This document shows positions 26,158 to 36,155 of a stretch of 64,000 bases of DNA, piece after piece (position 1 is the first letter of the stretch; each line of letters opens with the position of its first letter). The notes under the pieces are model-generated. The model had not been told where the DNA came from. It made no database searches and saw only the letters and a list, made by a program, of their open reading frames with translations. The stretch spans positions 2,731 through 66,730 of the forward strand of contig CAIZLN010000035.1 in NCBI GenBank assembly GCA_903933815.1. The letters run 5' to 3'. Origin of the DNA: an uncultured Solirubrobacterales bacterium. GTDB taxonomy: Bacteria > Actinomycetota > Thermoleophilia > Solirubrobacterales > 70-9. The position numbers and the translations under genes are program-made.

Positions 26158-27110
26158 AACGCGTATTCGTCACTGGAGGCAATGGCTTTCTTGGCCATTC
26201 CGTTGTTCGGGAGCTGGCCGCAGCAACTGATCAGGTCGAGCTCGTTGTTTCCGGTGACCTGCGCCATCCGACCGACGATCGCCGGATCGACGGCGTCGAT
26301 TATGTGGTCGCGGATGTAACCGATCCTTCGTCGGTCGCCGGCCCGATCGGGGAGCACGGGATCGATACGGTCGTTCACCTTGCCTCTATTGTCAACCCGG
26401 GCAAGGACACGACTACCGAACAGGAGTATGCGGTTGACGTGGACGGCTCGCGAAACGTCTTCGAAGCCTGCGTCCGCCACGGGGTGAGGCGGGTGATCGT
26501 GTCCTCCAGTGGCGCGGCCTACGGCTACCACTCCGACAACCCCGCCTGGCTCACCGAGGATGATCCGGTTCGCGGGACCGACACCTTTCCCTACAGCCTG
26601 CACAAGCGCCTGGTCGAAGAGATGCTGGTCGGGTACCGGGAGAGCGCCCCGCAACTCGAGCAGGTCGTGTTGCGAATCGGCACGATCCTCGGTGAAACCG
26701 TTGACAACCAGATCACCGACCTTTTTCGGAAGAGGAGGCTGCTGAAGATCCGTGGGTCGGACTCTCCCTTTGTATTCATCTGGGACCAGGACGTGGTTGG
26801 CGTCATCCTGGAGGCGGTGCTGGGTGGAAAAACCGGCATCTACAACGTCGCCGGCGACGGCGCGATGACGATCGACGAGATCGCCAGGGAGATGGGGAAG
26901 GGAGTACTGCCGGTGCCGGTCGAAATTCTGAAGGTCGGGCTGGCCACCGCGCACGGCCTCGGTCTGTCCCCGCACGGGGCCGCCCAGACCGACTTCCTCG
27001 AGTACCGCCCGGTGCTCGACAACACTCGTCTCAAGGAGGAGTTCGGCTACACCCCGCAGTACTCATCCCGCCAGGCCTTTACAGCCTGGAGGGAGGCTCA
27101 GGGCCTCTAG
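26154..27110 (+). CDS. NAD-dependent epimerase/dehydratase (extended SDR)
   Basis: VFVTGGNGFLGHSVVREL, and YSLHKRL (YxxxK). GTG 26154 has GGAGG 7 nt upstream and a GTGA overlap with the BASS stop. Confidence 0.8.
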   Translation: MKRVFVTGGNGFLGHSVVRELAAATDQVELVVSGDLRHPTDDRRIDGVDYVVADVTDPSSVAGPIGEHGIDTVVHLASIVNPGKDTTTEQEYAVDVDGSRNVFEACVRHGVRRVIVSSSGAAYGYHSDNPAWLTEDDPVRGTDTFPYSLHKRLVEEMLVGYRESAPQLEQVVLRIGTILGETVDNQITDLFRKRRLLKIRGSDSPFVFIWDQDVVGVILEAVLGGKTGIYNVAGDGAMTIDEIAREMGKGVLPVPVEILKVGLATAHGLGLSPHGAAQTDFLEYRPVLDNTRLKEEFGYTPQYSSRQAFTAWREAQGL

Positions 27111-27172
27111 CCGGTCGCTCGTTGCCCGGCAGCGGGATCCGGGCGCCCGCTTCGGGGTAGACTCGCCGCTCG

Positions 27173-27246
27173 CGGGGTGTAGCGAAGCCTGGTATCGCGC
27201 TCGCTTTGGGGGCGAGAGACCCCCGGTTCGAATCCGGGCACCCCGA
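27173..27246 (+). tRNA. tRNA-Pro (anticodon TGG)
   Basis: Hand-folded cloverleaf: CGGGGTG/CACCCCG acceptor, GCGA/TCGC D stem, CTCGC-TTTGGGG-GCGAG anticodon arm, CCCGG-TTCGAAT-CCGGG T arm. Confidence 0.9.
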
Positions 27247-27307
27247 TCGCATTTCAATGATTTTTGGCCCGTCCCGGGCGATCCGGGGCCGGGCCGGGAA
27301 GTAGTGC

Positions 27308-28201
27308 TCAGTTCTCGAGCAGGTGACTGCGGAGGAATGTGACCTGGTCGGCGACGACCCGGTCGAACCACGGGTCCAGGTAGACATCGAAGTGGCCGCA
27401 GTCGTAACGCCTCAACTCGCCCCTCGGGGCGCGGGCAGCGGCCTTAGCAGCCGGTCCGGGAGGGGTGTCGAGGTCCTTCGAGGCAACCTGGACCAGCAGG
27501 GGGCACTCGATCTTTGTCGCTTTGGCGCCTGGTCTCCAGGCGAGGGCTTCCACTGCGATCGACGCGGCCACGAGGTTCTGGTGACGAGATCCCTCCGGCT
27601 TGATTGCCTCGAACCCGGGCAGGGCGTCGGCGCTGGTCATCGCCGCGAGCGTGCCGGGTGGCCCGGCGGCCGGGATCATCACGCGCTCGCCGCCGCTCTG
27701 ACGGGCCTTGATGTCGGCCAGGGCCTTCGCGGTAAGCCTGGCAGCGTTGGCGGGGGGCACCGCACCAAGCATCGAGGGTCCATCTGCGAAAGGGACCTGT
27801 GCGATCGCGCAGGAGAGCGAGTGGTCTGCGGCGGCGGTTTCGAGAGTCAGGCCGCCCCCGAAGGAGGTGCCCCACAGACCGACCCGCGCGGGGTCGATAC
27901 CGTCGATGCTGCGGGCGAATGCCAGCGCAGCCGACAGGTCTTCGAGCTGTCTGCGGATACTGAGCACCTGTCTTTCAGCGCCACCGCTGTCACCGAAACC
28001 GCGATAGTCGAAGGTCAGGGTTGCGATTCCCGCGTCGGCAAAGCGTTCGGCGAAACGGCTCAGGGATTCCTCGCGGGTGGCCGTGAACCCGTGGGCCATG
28101 ACCACGATCGGCACGGGACCTTCGCCGCGCGGCCGATAGAGCCACACCGCGCACTCGTCCCCGCCGAGGGTGAACTCCAGTTCTTCCCTGACGGCACCCA
28201 T
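27308..28201 (-). CDS. Alpha/beta hydrolase
   Basis: VVMAHGFTATREES, nucleophile elbow GTSFGG, C-terminal CGHFDVY. ATG 28201 is chosen because the 383-aa track ORF has an Arg/Ser/Pro-rich N-terminus overlapping the upstream gene. Confidence 0.75.
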   Translation of the reverse strand: MGAVREELEFTLGGDECAVWLYRPRGEGPVPIVVMAHGFTATREESLSRFAERFADAGIATLTFDYRGFGDSGGAERQVLSIRRQLEDLSAALAFARSIDGIDPARVGLWGTSFGGGLTLETAAADHSLSCAIAQVPFADGPSMLGAVPPANAARLTAKALADIKARQSGGERVMIPAAGPPGTLAAMTSADALPGFEAIKPEGSRHQNLVAASIAVEALAWRPGAKATKIECPLLVQVASKDLDTPPGPAAKAAARAPRGELRRYDCGHFDVYLDPWFDRVVADQVTFLRSHLLEN

Positions 28202-28205
28202 ACGG

Positions 28206-28811
28206 CTACTTCGAGGTGAAGGCTTTGGGGAGGCCGACCACGGCACCCGGAATGTCCCTGACGGAGCGGTCGATCGCCTGTTGGAGGGCCTCGGTTGCTT
28301 CCGGGCCGTGGACCGGCTCGCCATGGCCGAACAGCAGGTGTTCTGGAAGGTAGGTGCCGAGCTGGCGCTTCGGTGGGGTGAGGCGCATCGCGATGTGGAT
28401 GCCTGCGCCGGCTGGCCCCGGTCTGTACATCCGGTTGGAGCCGAGCGCCTCGGCGACAATCAGACAGCGCTCCTCCGGCCACCAGAGCGCCTTTTCTTTC
28501 CAGAGGCGGTTGTTGACCACGCTGATGGTCTTGAACGGGGTGGACTTGACCTCGTCGGGCAGCACCACCAGGGGGACTCCGAGACGGTCGGCGACGGTCC
28601 GGCAATCGCGGTTGTGGCGGTCGAGCAGCTGAAGCACCGCGGCGGGCTCCCCGAGCTCGGAGACCTTTGCCATGGCGTCATGGTCATCGACCGGATCGAT
28701 GATCCACACACGGCCGTCCTTGGCCAGGGCGTGGGAGGCGCGGGCCATCGGCTCGTCCATCACCCAGGTGATCCCCAGGTCGGTCTGATCGATCATTTTC
28801 AGGCCACTCAT
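28206..28811 (-). CDS. Hypothetical protein (possibly degenerate MBL-fold)
   Basis: 201-aa ORF in an operon with the hydrolase (4-nt gap). LLDRHNRDC sits where HxHxDH would be in an MBL fold. The fold assignment is tentative. Confidence 0.5.
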   Translation of the reverse strand: MSGLKMIDQTDLGITWVMDEPMARASHALAKDGRVWIIDPVDDHDAMAKVSELGEPAAVLQLLDRHNRDCRTVADRLGVPLVVLPDEVKSTPFKTISVVNNRLWKEKALWWPEERCLIVAEALGSNRMYRPGPAGAGIHIAMRLTPPKRQLGTYLPEHLLFGHGEPVHGPEATEALQQAIDRSVRDIPGAVVGLPKAFTSK

Positions 28812-28856
28812 CGGCTGGAGTCTAGACCGGCTCCGATGCCCGGGTAGGATCGATCA

Positions 28857-29510
28857 ATGATATTCGGACGAAAGAACACGTCTCTGCCGGATGGCGAGAG
28901 CGCGCTGGCGGGGCGCGAGAGCTCGCCTTTTGCCGTGCCTGAACGCCATGCCGTGCTGGACAGTCAGATCCAGCCTCCATTTCCGGACGGCATTGAGACC
29001 GCCTACTTCGCCCTGGGGTGTTTCTGGGGCGCCGAACGGCTGTTCTGGGGACTCGACGGGGTTTATTCAACCGCGGTCGGCTATCAGAACGGGATCACCC
29101 CGAATCCGACATACGAGGAAGTCTGCTCCGGCCAGACCGGTCACGCCGAGGCCGTTCTCGTGGCTTTTGATCCAGACCTGATCAGTTATGAGCGACTGCT
29201 TCAGGTGTTCTTCACCGAACACGACCCGACCCAGGGAATGCGCCAGGGAAACGACATCGGCACCCAGTACCGATCGGGCATCTACTACACCGACGAGGAA
29301 CAGAGGCAGACGGCAGAGCGTGTTCTGACGGCCTACCAGGCGGCACTGGCCGAACGGGGCCTCGGCGAGATCACGACCGAAGTCGCCCCGGCCAAACCGT
29401 TCTATTTTGCCGAGGAGCACCACCAGCAGTACCTCCACAAGGTCCCCAACGGCTACTGCGGGCTGGCCGGTACGGGGGTCGCATGCCAGACAGGGGCCGG
29501 TCTGGAGTGA
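28857..29510 (+). CDS. msrA: Peptide-methionine (S)-S-oxide reductase
   Basis: [11 protein letters not shown] active-site motif, [26 protein letters not shown]. Confidence 0.93.
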   Translation: MIFGRKNTSLPDGESALAGRESSPFAVPERHAVLDSQIQPPFPDGIETAYFALGCFWGAERLFWGLDGVYSTAVGYQNGITPNPTYEEVCSGQTGHAEAVLVAFDPDLISYERLLQVFFTEHDPTQGMRQGNDIGTQYRSGIYYTDEEQRQTAERVLTAYQAALAERGLGEITTEVAPAKPFYFAEEHHQQYLHKVPNGYCGLAGTGVACQTGAGLE

Positions 29511-29599
29511 GCGCCGGTTGTTCGAATCCCGGCTCTCATCTGCCTGCGGCCTATCTCAAATAGGATTCCGCCGGTGTCAGCTCAGATGAAAGGCCGGGG

Positions 29600-31810
29600 T
29601 TGATCCCGAGCCTCGCCTCCTACATTGTCGGAACCGCCGCGATCCTCGCTGCGGTGCTTTCTGCCTGGCTGGGTTCCTACTGGCTACGGCGCTGGATAGT
29701 CCCGGAGTTCTCCGGTGCCCTTGCCCGCCTCGCTGAGCTGACGCTGGGCTTCGCGCTCCTGATCGTGGCGCTCCAGCTGGTGGGGTCGCTCGGGCTGCTC
29801 AACCTGCTCTGGATTACCGTCGGATGCATCGCCGTGCCCCTGCTCGCAGCCGCGCTCGGATACCGATTTGCTCCTCGGGACATCAAGCAGATCGCCGCGC
29901 CGGCCATTCCGGTGTGGGCCTTGCTGATCGCCGTCGGCGTAGCCTCGTGGACAGTCGCCGAGTGGAGTTTTCCGACCCAGCTCAGCCTCGACCAGGGCAT
30001 GTTCGGTGGCGATACGACCTGGTACCACATGCCGGCATCGGCCCGTTTCATACAGGACGGCTCGATAATCCCACTGCATTTCACCGACGCCCTCCGGCTG
30101 GCGGTCTGGTACTACCCCCAGAGTTCCGAGCTCATGCATGGTGCCCTGATCGGGCTGATGGACAGCGACTGGCTTTCGCCTCTGTTCAACATGGTCTGCC
30201 TGGGGGTCGCCCTGCTTGGCTGCTGGTGTGTAGGTCGTCCGTATGGAGTCGGTCCGGCGACACTGGTCGGCGGCGCGATTCTGTTGAGCGGGGGAGTCAT
30301 GATCGAGACCCAGCCTGGCGAGGGTCGCAACGACATCATGGCCTTTGCTTTCCTGATCGCGTTCGCAGCATTCCTGATCAACGGTCACCAGCGTCGCGCT
30401 CCTGAATCAGGGGCGGTGGAGGACAGGCCTGATCCGGATTCACCATTGCTGGACAAGGGACCCCTCGTGATCGCCGGCATCGCCGCCGGCATCGCGATTT
30501 CGGTCAAGGTCTCAATGCTTGCCCCGATCGGCATCATCTTCCTCGGCATGATCCTGGTCAGTGGCCGGGCACGCTGGTGGGTAACGACGATCTGGCTTGG
30601 AATACCGATGCTTCTGGTCGGTGGCTACTGGTACATCAGGGCGATGATCTACACCGGCGGCAACCCGGTGCCGGCGATTGGCTGGGGACCACTGAAGCTT
30701 CCGCAGCCTGATCAGATGCCCCTGGATCCCCGGCCTCGTTTCTCGGTGGCCCACTACCTGACAGATCTGAACGTCTACCGCTACTGGTTTCTGCCGCGAC
30801 TCGACGATGCTTTCGGCGTCCTGTTTCCGCTGATTCTGGTCATGCTCGCGGTGACTGCCATCTATCTGGTCGTCAAGGCCCGCAACAAGGTCATCCGGGT
30901 GATTGCCGCAGCGGCGATCGTCACTGCGATCGTCTATGTATTCACACCGCTGACAGCTGCCGGTCAGGAAGGCGAACCGAGCGGCTTCTTCACCAACACC
31001 CGTTACCTGCTGCCCGGCCTGCTTCTGGCGATGGTCCTGTTGCCGTTGGTCCGGCCGCTGAGAGAGCCGGAGAGCCGTGCCCGCACGGTGCTCTTTTTCC
31101 TGACGGGCATCTTTGCGATCACCGTGCTGGCTTCGCCCAAGTGGTACCCGAGCTTCCTCCCGGGGGCCATCTTTCTGGTACTTGCGATCGTTTGGGCTCC
31201 GGTCGGCCTCTCCTGGCTGAAGGAGCACGGCAAGGCCTCGAATGGCCTGATAGTCGCCGCAGTCGCAGCGCTTGCGCTGGTGGCGACGGTCTGGGGAAGG
31301 GGCGAAGAGGTGGGCTACGCGAGCAAGCACTACACGCGTTCGACTCTCTTTCTGCAGGAGGGCGGCCCGCAGGCTTCTTTTGACTTCACCCGTGACCTGA
31401 AGGACAAGCGCATCGCGATCGCAGGCTCGGGCCAGATGGTTTTCGGCCAGTACGGTTTCTACGGAGCGGATCGCTCCAACTATGTCCAGTACATCGGCAA
31501 GGAGGGTCCGGTTGGCAGTTACCGGCTGATCGGGAGTTGCGAACAGTTCATCGCGAAGGTCAACGAGGGCGATTACGACTTCATCATCACCAGTGAGTTC
31601 ACCCAGGACTCCCCCGATGCGCCTTATCGATACCCGGTCAGGGCCTGGATCGAGAATGATCCTGCGGTGACCGAGGTGGTTGCGGAACCTGACATTACGC
31701 CTCAGCCGACTTACGTCTACGCAATCGACGGCAAGCTGGATCCGGCCGGCTGCCGGAATCTGGCACCCGGTTCACCCGGGGTGTCGTCATCGGCTGAAAG
31801 TTCCGGCTGA
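29600..31810 (+). CDS. Large polytopic membrane protein, putative GT-C-fold glycosyltransferase (ArnT/PMT-like) with C-terminal soluble domain
   Basis: 736 aa, about 14 predicted TM helices, then a roughly 170-aa hydrophilic tail. TTG start. The family call is architecture-based only. Confidence 0.5.
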   Translation: MIPSLASYIVGTAAILAAVLSAWLGSYWLRRWIVPEFSGALARLAELTLGFALLIVALQLVGSLGLLNLLWITVGCIAVPLLAAALGYRFAPRDIKQIAAPAIPVWALLIAVGVASWTVAEWSFPTQLSLDQGMFGGDTTWYHMPASARFIQDGSIIPLHFTDALRLAVWYYPQSSELMHGALIGLMDSDWLSPLFNMVCLGVALLGCWCVGRPYGVGPATLVGGAILLSGGVMIETQPGEGRNDIMAFAFLIAFAAFLINGHQRRAPESGAVEDRPDPDSPLLDKGPLVIAGIAAGIAISVKVSMLAPIGIIFLGMILVSGRARWWVTTIWLGIPMLLVGGYWYIRAMIYTGGNPVPAIGWGPLKLPQPDQMPLDPRPRFSVAHYLTDLNVYRYWFLPRLDDAFGVLFPLILVMLAVTAIYLVVKARNKVIRVIAAAAIVTAIVYVFTPLTAAGQEGEPSGFFTNTRYLLPGLLLAMVLLPLVRPLREPESRARTVLFFLTGIFAITVLASPKWYPSFLPGAIFLVLAIVWAPVGLSWLKEHGKASNGLIVAAVAALALVATVWGRGEEVGYASKHYTRSTLFLQEGGPQASFDFTRDLKDKRIAIAGSGQMVFGQYGFYGADRSNYVQYIGKEGPVGSYRLIGSCEQFIAKVNEGDYDFIITSEFTQDSPDAPYRYPVRAWIENDPAVTEVVAEPDITPQPTYVYAIDGKLDPAGCRNLAPGSPGVSSSAESSG

Positions 31811-31833
31811 GACCGGATATCTTCGTCTTTCCT

Positions 31834-31907
31834 GCCCCCGTAGCTCAGCTGGATAGAGCGCCGGCCTTCTAAGCCGGATGTCGCAGGTTCGAATCCTGCC
31901 GGGGGTA
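31834..31907 (+). tRNA. tRNA-Arg (anticodon TCT)
   Basis: GCCCCCG acceptor, GCTC/GAGC D stem, CCGGC-CTTCTAA-GCCGG anticodon arm, GCAGG-TTCGAAT-CCTGC T arm. Confidence 0.9.
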
Positions 31908-32224
31908 CTGCCAGCGACGGGCTGCGACCCGTTCCGGAGCCGGGCTTGAGGCGAGCCGGGGCCTTCGACTCGACTCACCCGGAGACCGGTAGTATGCCGT
32001 CGCCCATAGGAACCAGAAGACAGCAGGAGGGGCACCTTGAGGTTCGGGACACTTGATTGGAATCTGGTTTGTGGAAAGACCCCTTCGCCGCAGCTTGCCG
32101 TTCTGGCCGCTACCGCGTCGGCGGCCGGACCGGATAAAACCGCGCTGGATGACCGGAACGAGATCCGGATCGTTGCCTCCATGAAGCGACCGAAGCCGAC
32201 ACCCGTGGCCGGCTGATCGCCCAG

Positions 32225-33754
32225 ATGACGCTCAAGAGCCTGGGCATAAAGGAAGGAAACAGTGTCTGGAGCATGCTGCTGGGGAGCGGCCTTCTGGCGA
32301 TGCTGGCATTCACCGTAGCTCAGCAACTGACCCGTGACGGTGGGCTGACTCAGGCTGGCAACCCACTCGACGGCGCCTGGATGCTCGTCCAGTGCGCGGC
32401 AGTGTCAGCGGGGCTGGCGGTACTGCTTGACTGGAGACTGTTCCTGAAGAGCCTCGTGTCACTGCCGGTCATCCTGTTGCTGGCGCTCGCAGCACTCACC
32501 CTGGCCAGCGGCTCCTGGTCAATCGTCCTGGAGGCCGAGGCGCAACGCTACGGTCTCCTGATACTCGGATATGCCACGGTCTGTCTGTCGGCGGCGGTGC
32601 TGGCATCCCGTTTCGGTCCGGTGCCGCTGATCGTTCTCTTGGTCGGGATATCTGTTGCCTCGGCCGCATACGGACTGTGGGGGTTTGCTCTCGAGCGTGT
32701 TCCATACGCAGTCGAATCAGGAGGAGTCCTTACCCCGGCCGGACCCTTTCGCTACCGGAATGCGCTCGCCCTTACCTCAGCAGTTGCCCTGCTGCCACTC
32801 ATCAGGGGCATCTCCATTCAGGGGCGCTCACTGCCGGAGGTCGTGGTGTTCCTCCTGTCTTCGATTTGCCTGGGGGTCTGCTCTCTCGCAGTTGCCCTCT
32901 CTGACAGTGAATTCAACCTTATCTTCGCCATTCTGGTTCTGGCGGCGGCGCTGATCTGGCCCGCGGGTCTGCTCAGTCGCTCGCGACAGCAGGCGATCGG
33001 AGCCGTCGTCACGGTCCTGCTCCTGGGAGTTGCCGGCAATCTGCTTTTTCGGAATTTTCTTCCCGCTGGAGTTCCTGAAGATTCAACCCGGCTGGTGGTG
33101 ATGGTCGCTCTGGTTGTGGTGACACCGTTGATCGCCTGGCTCTCGGGTCTTCTTGCCGGTGGGATCCCTGACAGGCTCGCACGACTGGTGCCCGCGATCG
33201 CGCTGGGTGCGGGCTTGCTCGGCGTTGTTTTTCTGATCGCGGGCGGGGCATACCTGGGCTCAGGCGGTGACCTGACCCAGTCGCGTCTGACCTACTACGA
33301 AGTATCCGTCGAGGCAGCGAAGCAGAACCCGCTCAAGGGAACGGGGTCCGGTTCCTATGCCAGTGCGACTATCGGCTTCCAGGCTGCCAAGCTCTCGACC
33401 ACGACCAGGTTTGCCCACAGCATTCCGGCTGAGATGTGGGTTGAGCTTGGGATCGGTGGCCTTCTGATTTCAGTCCTGCTCTACCTAGCAGCGATCCGTG
33501 CTTCATGGCGGGCATTCCGGGTCCCGTTCGCGGCACTCCTGATCCCGCTGGTCATCGGCTTCCTGTGGAACGGGCTGATCGACTGGAACTGGCATTTCGC
33601 AGCGATCACAGCGCTGTGGGCGATCGGACTCGGCGGCCTGGTCGGGGCCCGCCTCGGGAACATTTCGGGAGGGGCGAGCCCTGACGAGGTGTCAGAACCA
33701 GATACATCAGTGGATCCGGATCCGGACCAGAGTGAGATTCCCGCTACGGGATGA
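32225..33754 (+). CDS. O-antigen ligase (Wzy_C)-like polytopic membrane protein
   Basis: About 12 TM helices. RFAHSIPAEMWVELGIGGLL resembles the conserved His-containing periplasmic loop motif of O-antigen ligase/polymerase domains. Confidence 0.65.
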   Translation: MTLKSLGIKEGNSVWSMLLGSGLLAMLAFTVAQQLTRDGGLTQAGNPLDGAWMLVQCAAVSAGLAVLLDWRLFLKSLVSLPVILLLALAALTLASGSWSIVLEAEAQRYGLLILGYATVCLSAAVLASRFGPVPLIVLLVGISVASAAYGLWGFALERVPYAVESGGVLTPAGPFRYRNALALTSAVALLPLIRGISIQGRSLPEVVVFLLSSICLGVCSLAVALSDSEFNLIFAILVLAAALIWPAGLLSRSRQQAIGAVVTVLLLGVAGNLLFRNFLPAGVPEDSTRLVVMVALVVVTPLIAWLSGLLAGGIPDRLARLVPAIALGAGLLGVVFLIAGGAYLGSGGDLTQSRLTYYEVSVEAAKQNPLKGTGSGSYASATIGFQAAKLSTTTRFAHSIPAEMWVELGIGGLLISVLLYLAAIRASWRAFRVPFAALLIPLVIGFLWNGLIDWNWHFAAITALWAIGLGGLVGARLGNISGGASPDEVSEPDTSVDPDPDQSEIPATG

Positions 33755-33846
33755 GGTCGGAGACCTTGCCGACTGTGGGAATGCTGCCCCGCACGGAAGG
33801 TCCCGGAATCGGGGAGGGCGGACCTCCCACCGGGGGTCCCGGGTGA

Positions 33847-34728
33847 TTGACTGCCCCGGTGCCTCACGACTCCCAGCAGCCGACTGTCGCCGCGGTCGCC
33901 ATGGTGCTTGGTGCGATTCTTTCGATCCAGATCGGAGCGGCCGTTGCCATCGACCTGTTTTCCGAGATAGGAGCGGCCGGGGTCGTCTTCGTCAGGGCGA
34001 TTGTCTCGGCGATCCTGCTCGCGGTCATCTGGCGCCCGGGAGTCAGGACGATTCGGGAGAACCCACGACTACTGCTTGTGTTTGGTGGCGCCCTGGCCGG
34101 TATGAACCTCTGCTTCTACGAGGCAATAGACCGAATCCCCCTTGGTGTTGCTGTCACCCTCGAGTTCATCGGCCCGCTCACCGTCGCCTTGATTACCTCC
34201 CGGCGTCGGCTTGACTGGATCTGGGCCGGACTGGCCGCCGTCGGCATCGTCATGTTGACCGGTGGAATAGGCGGGGAGGGGCTCGATCCGGTCGGAGTGG
34301 TACTCGCCCTGGCGGCAGGGTTCTTCTGGGGCTCGTACATCCTGATCGGCAAGCGCATGGGTCGCGCCTTCAGTGGGGGCAAGGGGCTCGCCGTCGCCAT
34401 GGCGGTGTCAGCCGTGCTGACCGCACCATTCGGGATCGTTGATGGCGGCACCGGCCTGCTGGAGCCTGAGGTTCTGCTGATCGGCCTGGCGGTCGGCGCT
34501 CTCAGCTCGGCCTTGCCGTTCACCCTCGAACTCGAGGCGATGCGCCGACTGCCTTCCAGCGTATTCGGGGTGATGATGAGTCTCGAGCCTGCCGTCGCCG
34601 CCGCTGTTGGCATGGTGATGCTGGGCCAGCAGATAATCCCGGTTGAACTCTTCGCGATCCTGCTCGTGATGGCAGCATCTGCAGGTGCCCTCCGCTCCAG
34701 CCGCGCCCCGGCACCGATCGAGCCCTGA
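33847..34728 (+). CDS. EamA/DMT family transporter (RhtA-like)
   Basis: 10-TM pattern with duplicated EamA halves (LEFIGPLTVAL..., PFTLELEAMRRLPSSVFGVMMSLEPAVAA). ATG 33901 is an alternative start. Confidence 0.8.
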   Translation: MTAPVPHDSQQPTVAAVAMVLGAILSIQIGAAVAIDLFSEIGAAGVVFVRAIVSAILLAVIWRPGVRTIRENPRLLLVFGGALAGMNLCFYEAIDRIPLGVAVTLEFIGPLTVALITSRRRLDWIWAGLAAVGIVMLTGGIGGEGLDPVGVVLALAAGFFWGSYILIGKRMGRAFSGGKGLAVAMAVSAVLTAPFGIVDGGTGLLEPEVLLIGLAVGALSSALPFTLELEAMRRLPSSVFGVMMSLEPAVAAAVGMVMLGQQIIPVELFAILLVMAASAGALRSSRAPAPIEP

Positions 34729-34812
34729 GGGCGAGAGCTGCCCCTCACCCGCAGTCAGTCCCGGTACCGGTCGGCGACAATCCCCGGTGGAGCGATAGAT
34801 TCCTCACCTCGC

Positions 34813-34886
34813 GGTGGGCGTAGCTCAGTTGGTAGAGCTCCTGGTTGTGGTCCAGGCGGTCGCGGGTTCGAATCCCGTCGCTCACC
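34813..34886 (+). tRNA. tRNA-His (anticodon GTG, with encoded G-1)
   Basis: Extra 5' G pairing with discriminator C, GTGGGCG/CGCTCAC acceptor, CCTGG-TTGTGGT-CCAGG anticodon arm, TTCGAAT T loop. Confidence 0.9.
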
Positions 34887-34908
34887 CCTAACTCCGGCCC
34901 GTAGCCGT

Positions 34909-36099
34909 TCACTCGGGCAGTATCGGGGCAGGCGTGGCGCCTTCCTCCCCAACCAGCGAGGCCCGGGTGATCGCTTCTGATCCGAACCGGTCACGCAACT
35001 CGTCAATCGCGGCATCGAGGTTGCCGTTGCTGGAGCCGTCGAGGGCGAACCCGAGCTGCACCGCATTGTCCGAGTCGAGCCTCTCCAGTGATACTCCCAG
35101 CAGGGTGATCCCGCGCTGGTCGATCATCGTTCTGGCCCCGGACAGCAGGGTTCGAACCGCGTCAAGGAGGGTTTCGGTCTGGTTGGTGGCGGCCGGCAGA
35201 GTGTGGGAGCGGCTCACCTTCTTCATGTCGTCAAAGCGAAGGGAGATCGAGACGGTGCCGCAGACCTTCCCTGCGGCTCGCAGCCTGTGAGTAACCCGGT
35301 CTACCAGGCCGGCGGCGAGTGCATCGATTTCGCGTATCGACTTGGAGGAGCGGGGGAATGCACTCTGAGCACCGATTGACTGCCTAGGATCACGGGGCTT
35401 CACCGGCCGGGGGTCGCGGTTGTTGGCGAGGTCCAGCAGCCTGAGTCCGGCCGATTTTCCCAGCGCGGCGATCAGCCGGTTCTCGTCACAGCTGGCGATC
35501 TCCCCGACCGTCCTGATTCCCATCGACCTCAGTTTCTCCGATGTGACCCGGCCGACCCCCCAGACCCGCTCGATCGGCAGAGGTCCAAGGAAGGCAGACT
35601 CTTCCTCCGGCTCAATGACCAGCAGGCCATCGGGCTTCGACTCGCCACTCGCAATCTTCGCGAGGAATTTTGTCCGGGCCACACCGACTGAAATCCGCAA
35701 GCCAACCTTCTCCAGTACATCCCGTCGAAGTTTCGCGGCGACATCAGCCGGTGATCCGAAGATGTGGCCCAGCCCGCCGCCGTCAAGGAAAGCCTCATCG
35801 ATCGAGAGTCCCTCCACCAGAGGCGATGTCTCATGGAAGATCGAGTAGACGGCTTTGCTCGCTTCGGAATAGGCCTCCATCCGTGCCGGCACCACGATTG
35901 CCTCCGGACAATCGCGCCTTGCCTGAGCGCCATTCATCGCCGTGCGGATCCCGAGGGCCTTGGCTTCGTAGCTGCAGGCCAGCACCACACCGGTCCCGAC
36001 GATTACCGGCCTGCCGCGCAGCTGTGGGTCGTCGCGCTGCTCGACCGACGCGTAGAAGGCGTCGAGGTCGGCGTGGAGGATCGAGGCAGTCCGGCTCAC
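34909..36099 (-). CDS. dinB: DNA polymerase IV (Y-family)
   Basis: ILHADLDAFYASVEQRDDPQLRGRPVIVG, SIDEAFLD, and the HhH region PIERVWGVGRVT. GTG 36099 is chosen; the longer track ORF adds a non-homologous 43 aa. Confidence 0.88.
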   Translation of the reverse strand: MSRTASILHADLDAFYASVEQRDDPQLRGRPVIVGTGVVLACSYEAKALGIRTAMNGAQARRDCPEAIVVPARMEAYSEASKAVYSIFHETSPLVEGLSIDEAFLDGGGLGHIFGSPADVAAKLRRDVLEKVGLRISVGVARTKFLAKIASGESKPDGLLVIEPEEESAFLGPLPIERVWGVGRVTSEKLRSMGIRTVGEIASCDENRLIAALGKSAGLRLLDLANNRDPRPVKPRDPRQSIGAQSAFPRSSKSIREIDALAAGLVDRVTHRLRAAGKVCGTVSISLRFDDMKKVSRSHTLPAATNQTETLLDAVRTLLSGARTMIDQRGITLLGVSLERLDSDNAVQLGFALDGSSNGNLDAAIDELRDRFGSEAITRASLVGEEGATPAPILPE

Positions 36100-36155
36100 T
36101 CGCTGATGGTCGCACTGGCGCAGGACGGAGCGGCCGCTCTGGCAGACTCCCGGCC

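Noticed and set aside
27266-27295. GC-rich hairpin (CCCGG-gcgat-CCGGG core) between tRNA-Pro and the convergent hydrolase gene, as a terminator
   Set aside because: There is no downstream U-tract on either strand in the correct orientation, so an intrinsic-terminator call is unsupported.
29511-29545. tRNA-like T-arm fragment (gccggttgttcgaatcccggc) just after msrA, a possible att relic
   Set aside because: The stem GCCGG/CCGGC encloses an 11-nt rather than a 7-nt loop. There is no acceptor or anticodon arm. It does not match the 3' ends of the three tRNAs in the window. No integrase is nearby.
27173-34886. Genomic island or prophage bounded by the three tRNA genes
   Set aside because: I saw no integrase, recombinase or phage genes, and no direct repeats of tRNA 3' ends. 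The intervening genes (hydrolases, msrA, envelope and transport proteins) look chromosomal.
35670-36155. 5' part of the 393-aa plus-strand ORF (35670-36851)
   Set aside because: The first ~160 codons are antisense to dinB and Arg/Pro-rich. The SDR homology starts at ATG 36156 (MEISDSRILVAGATG).
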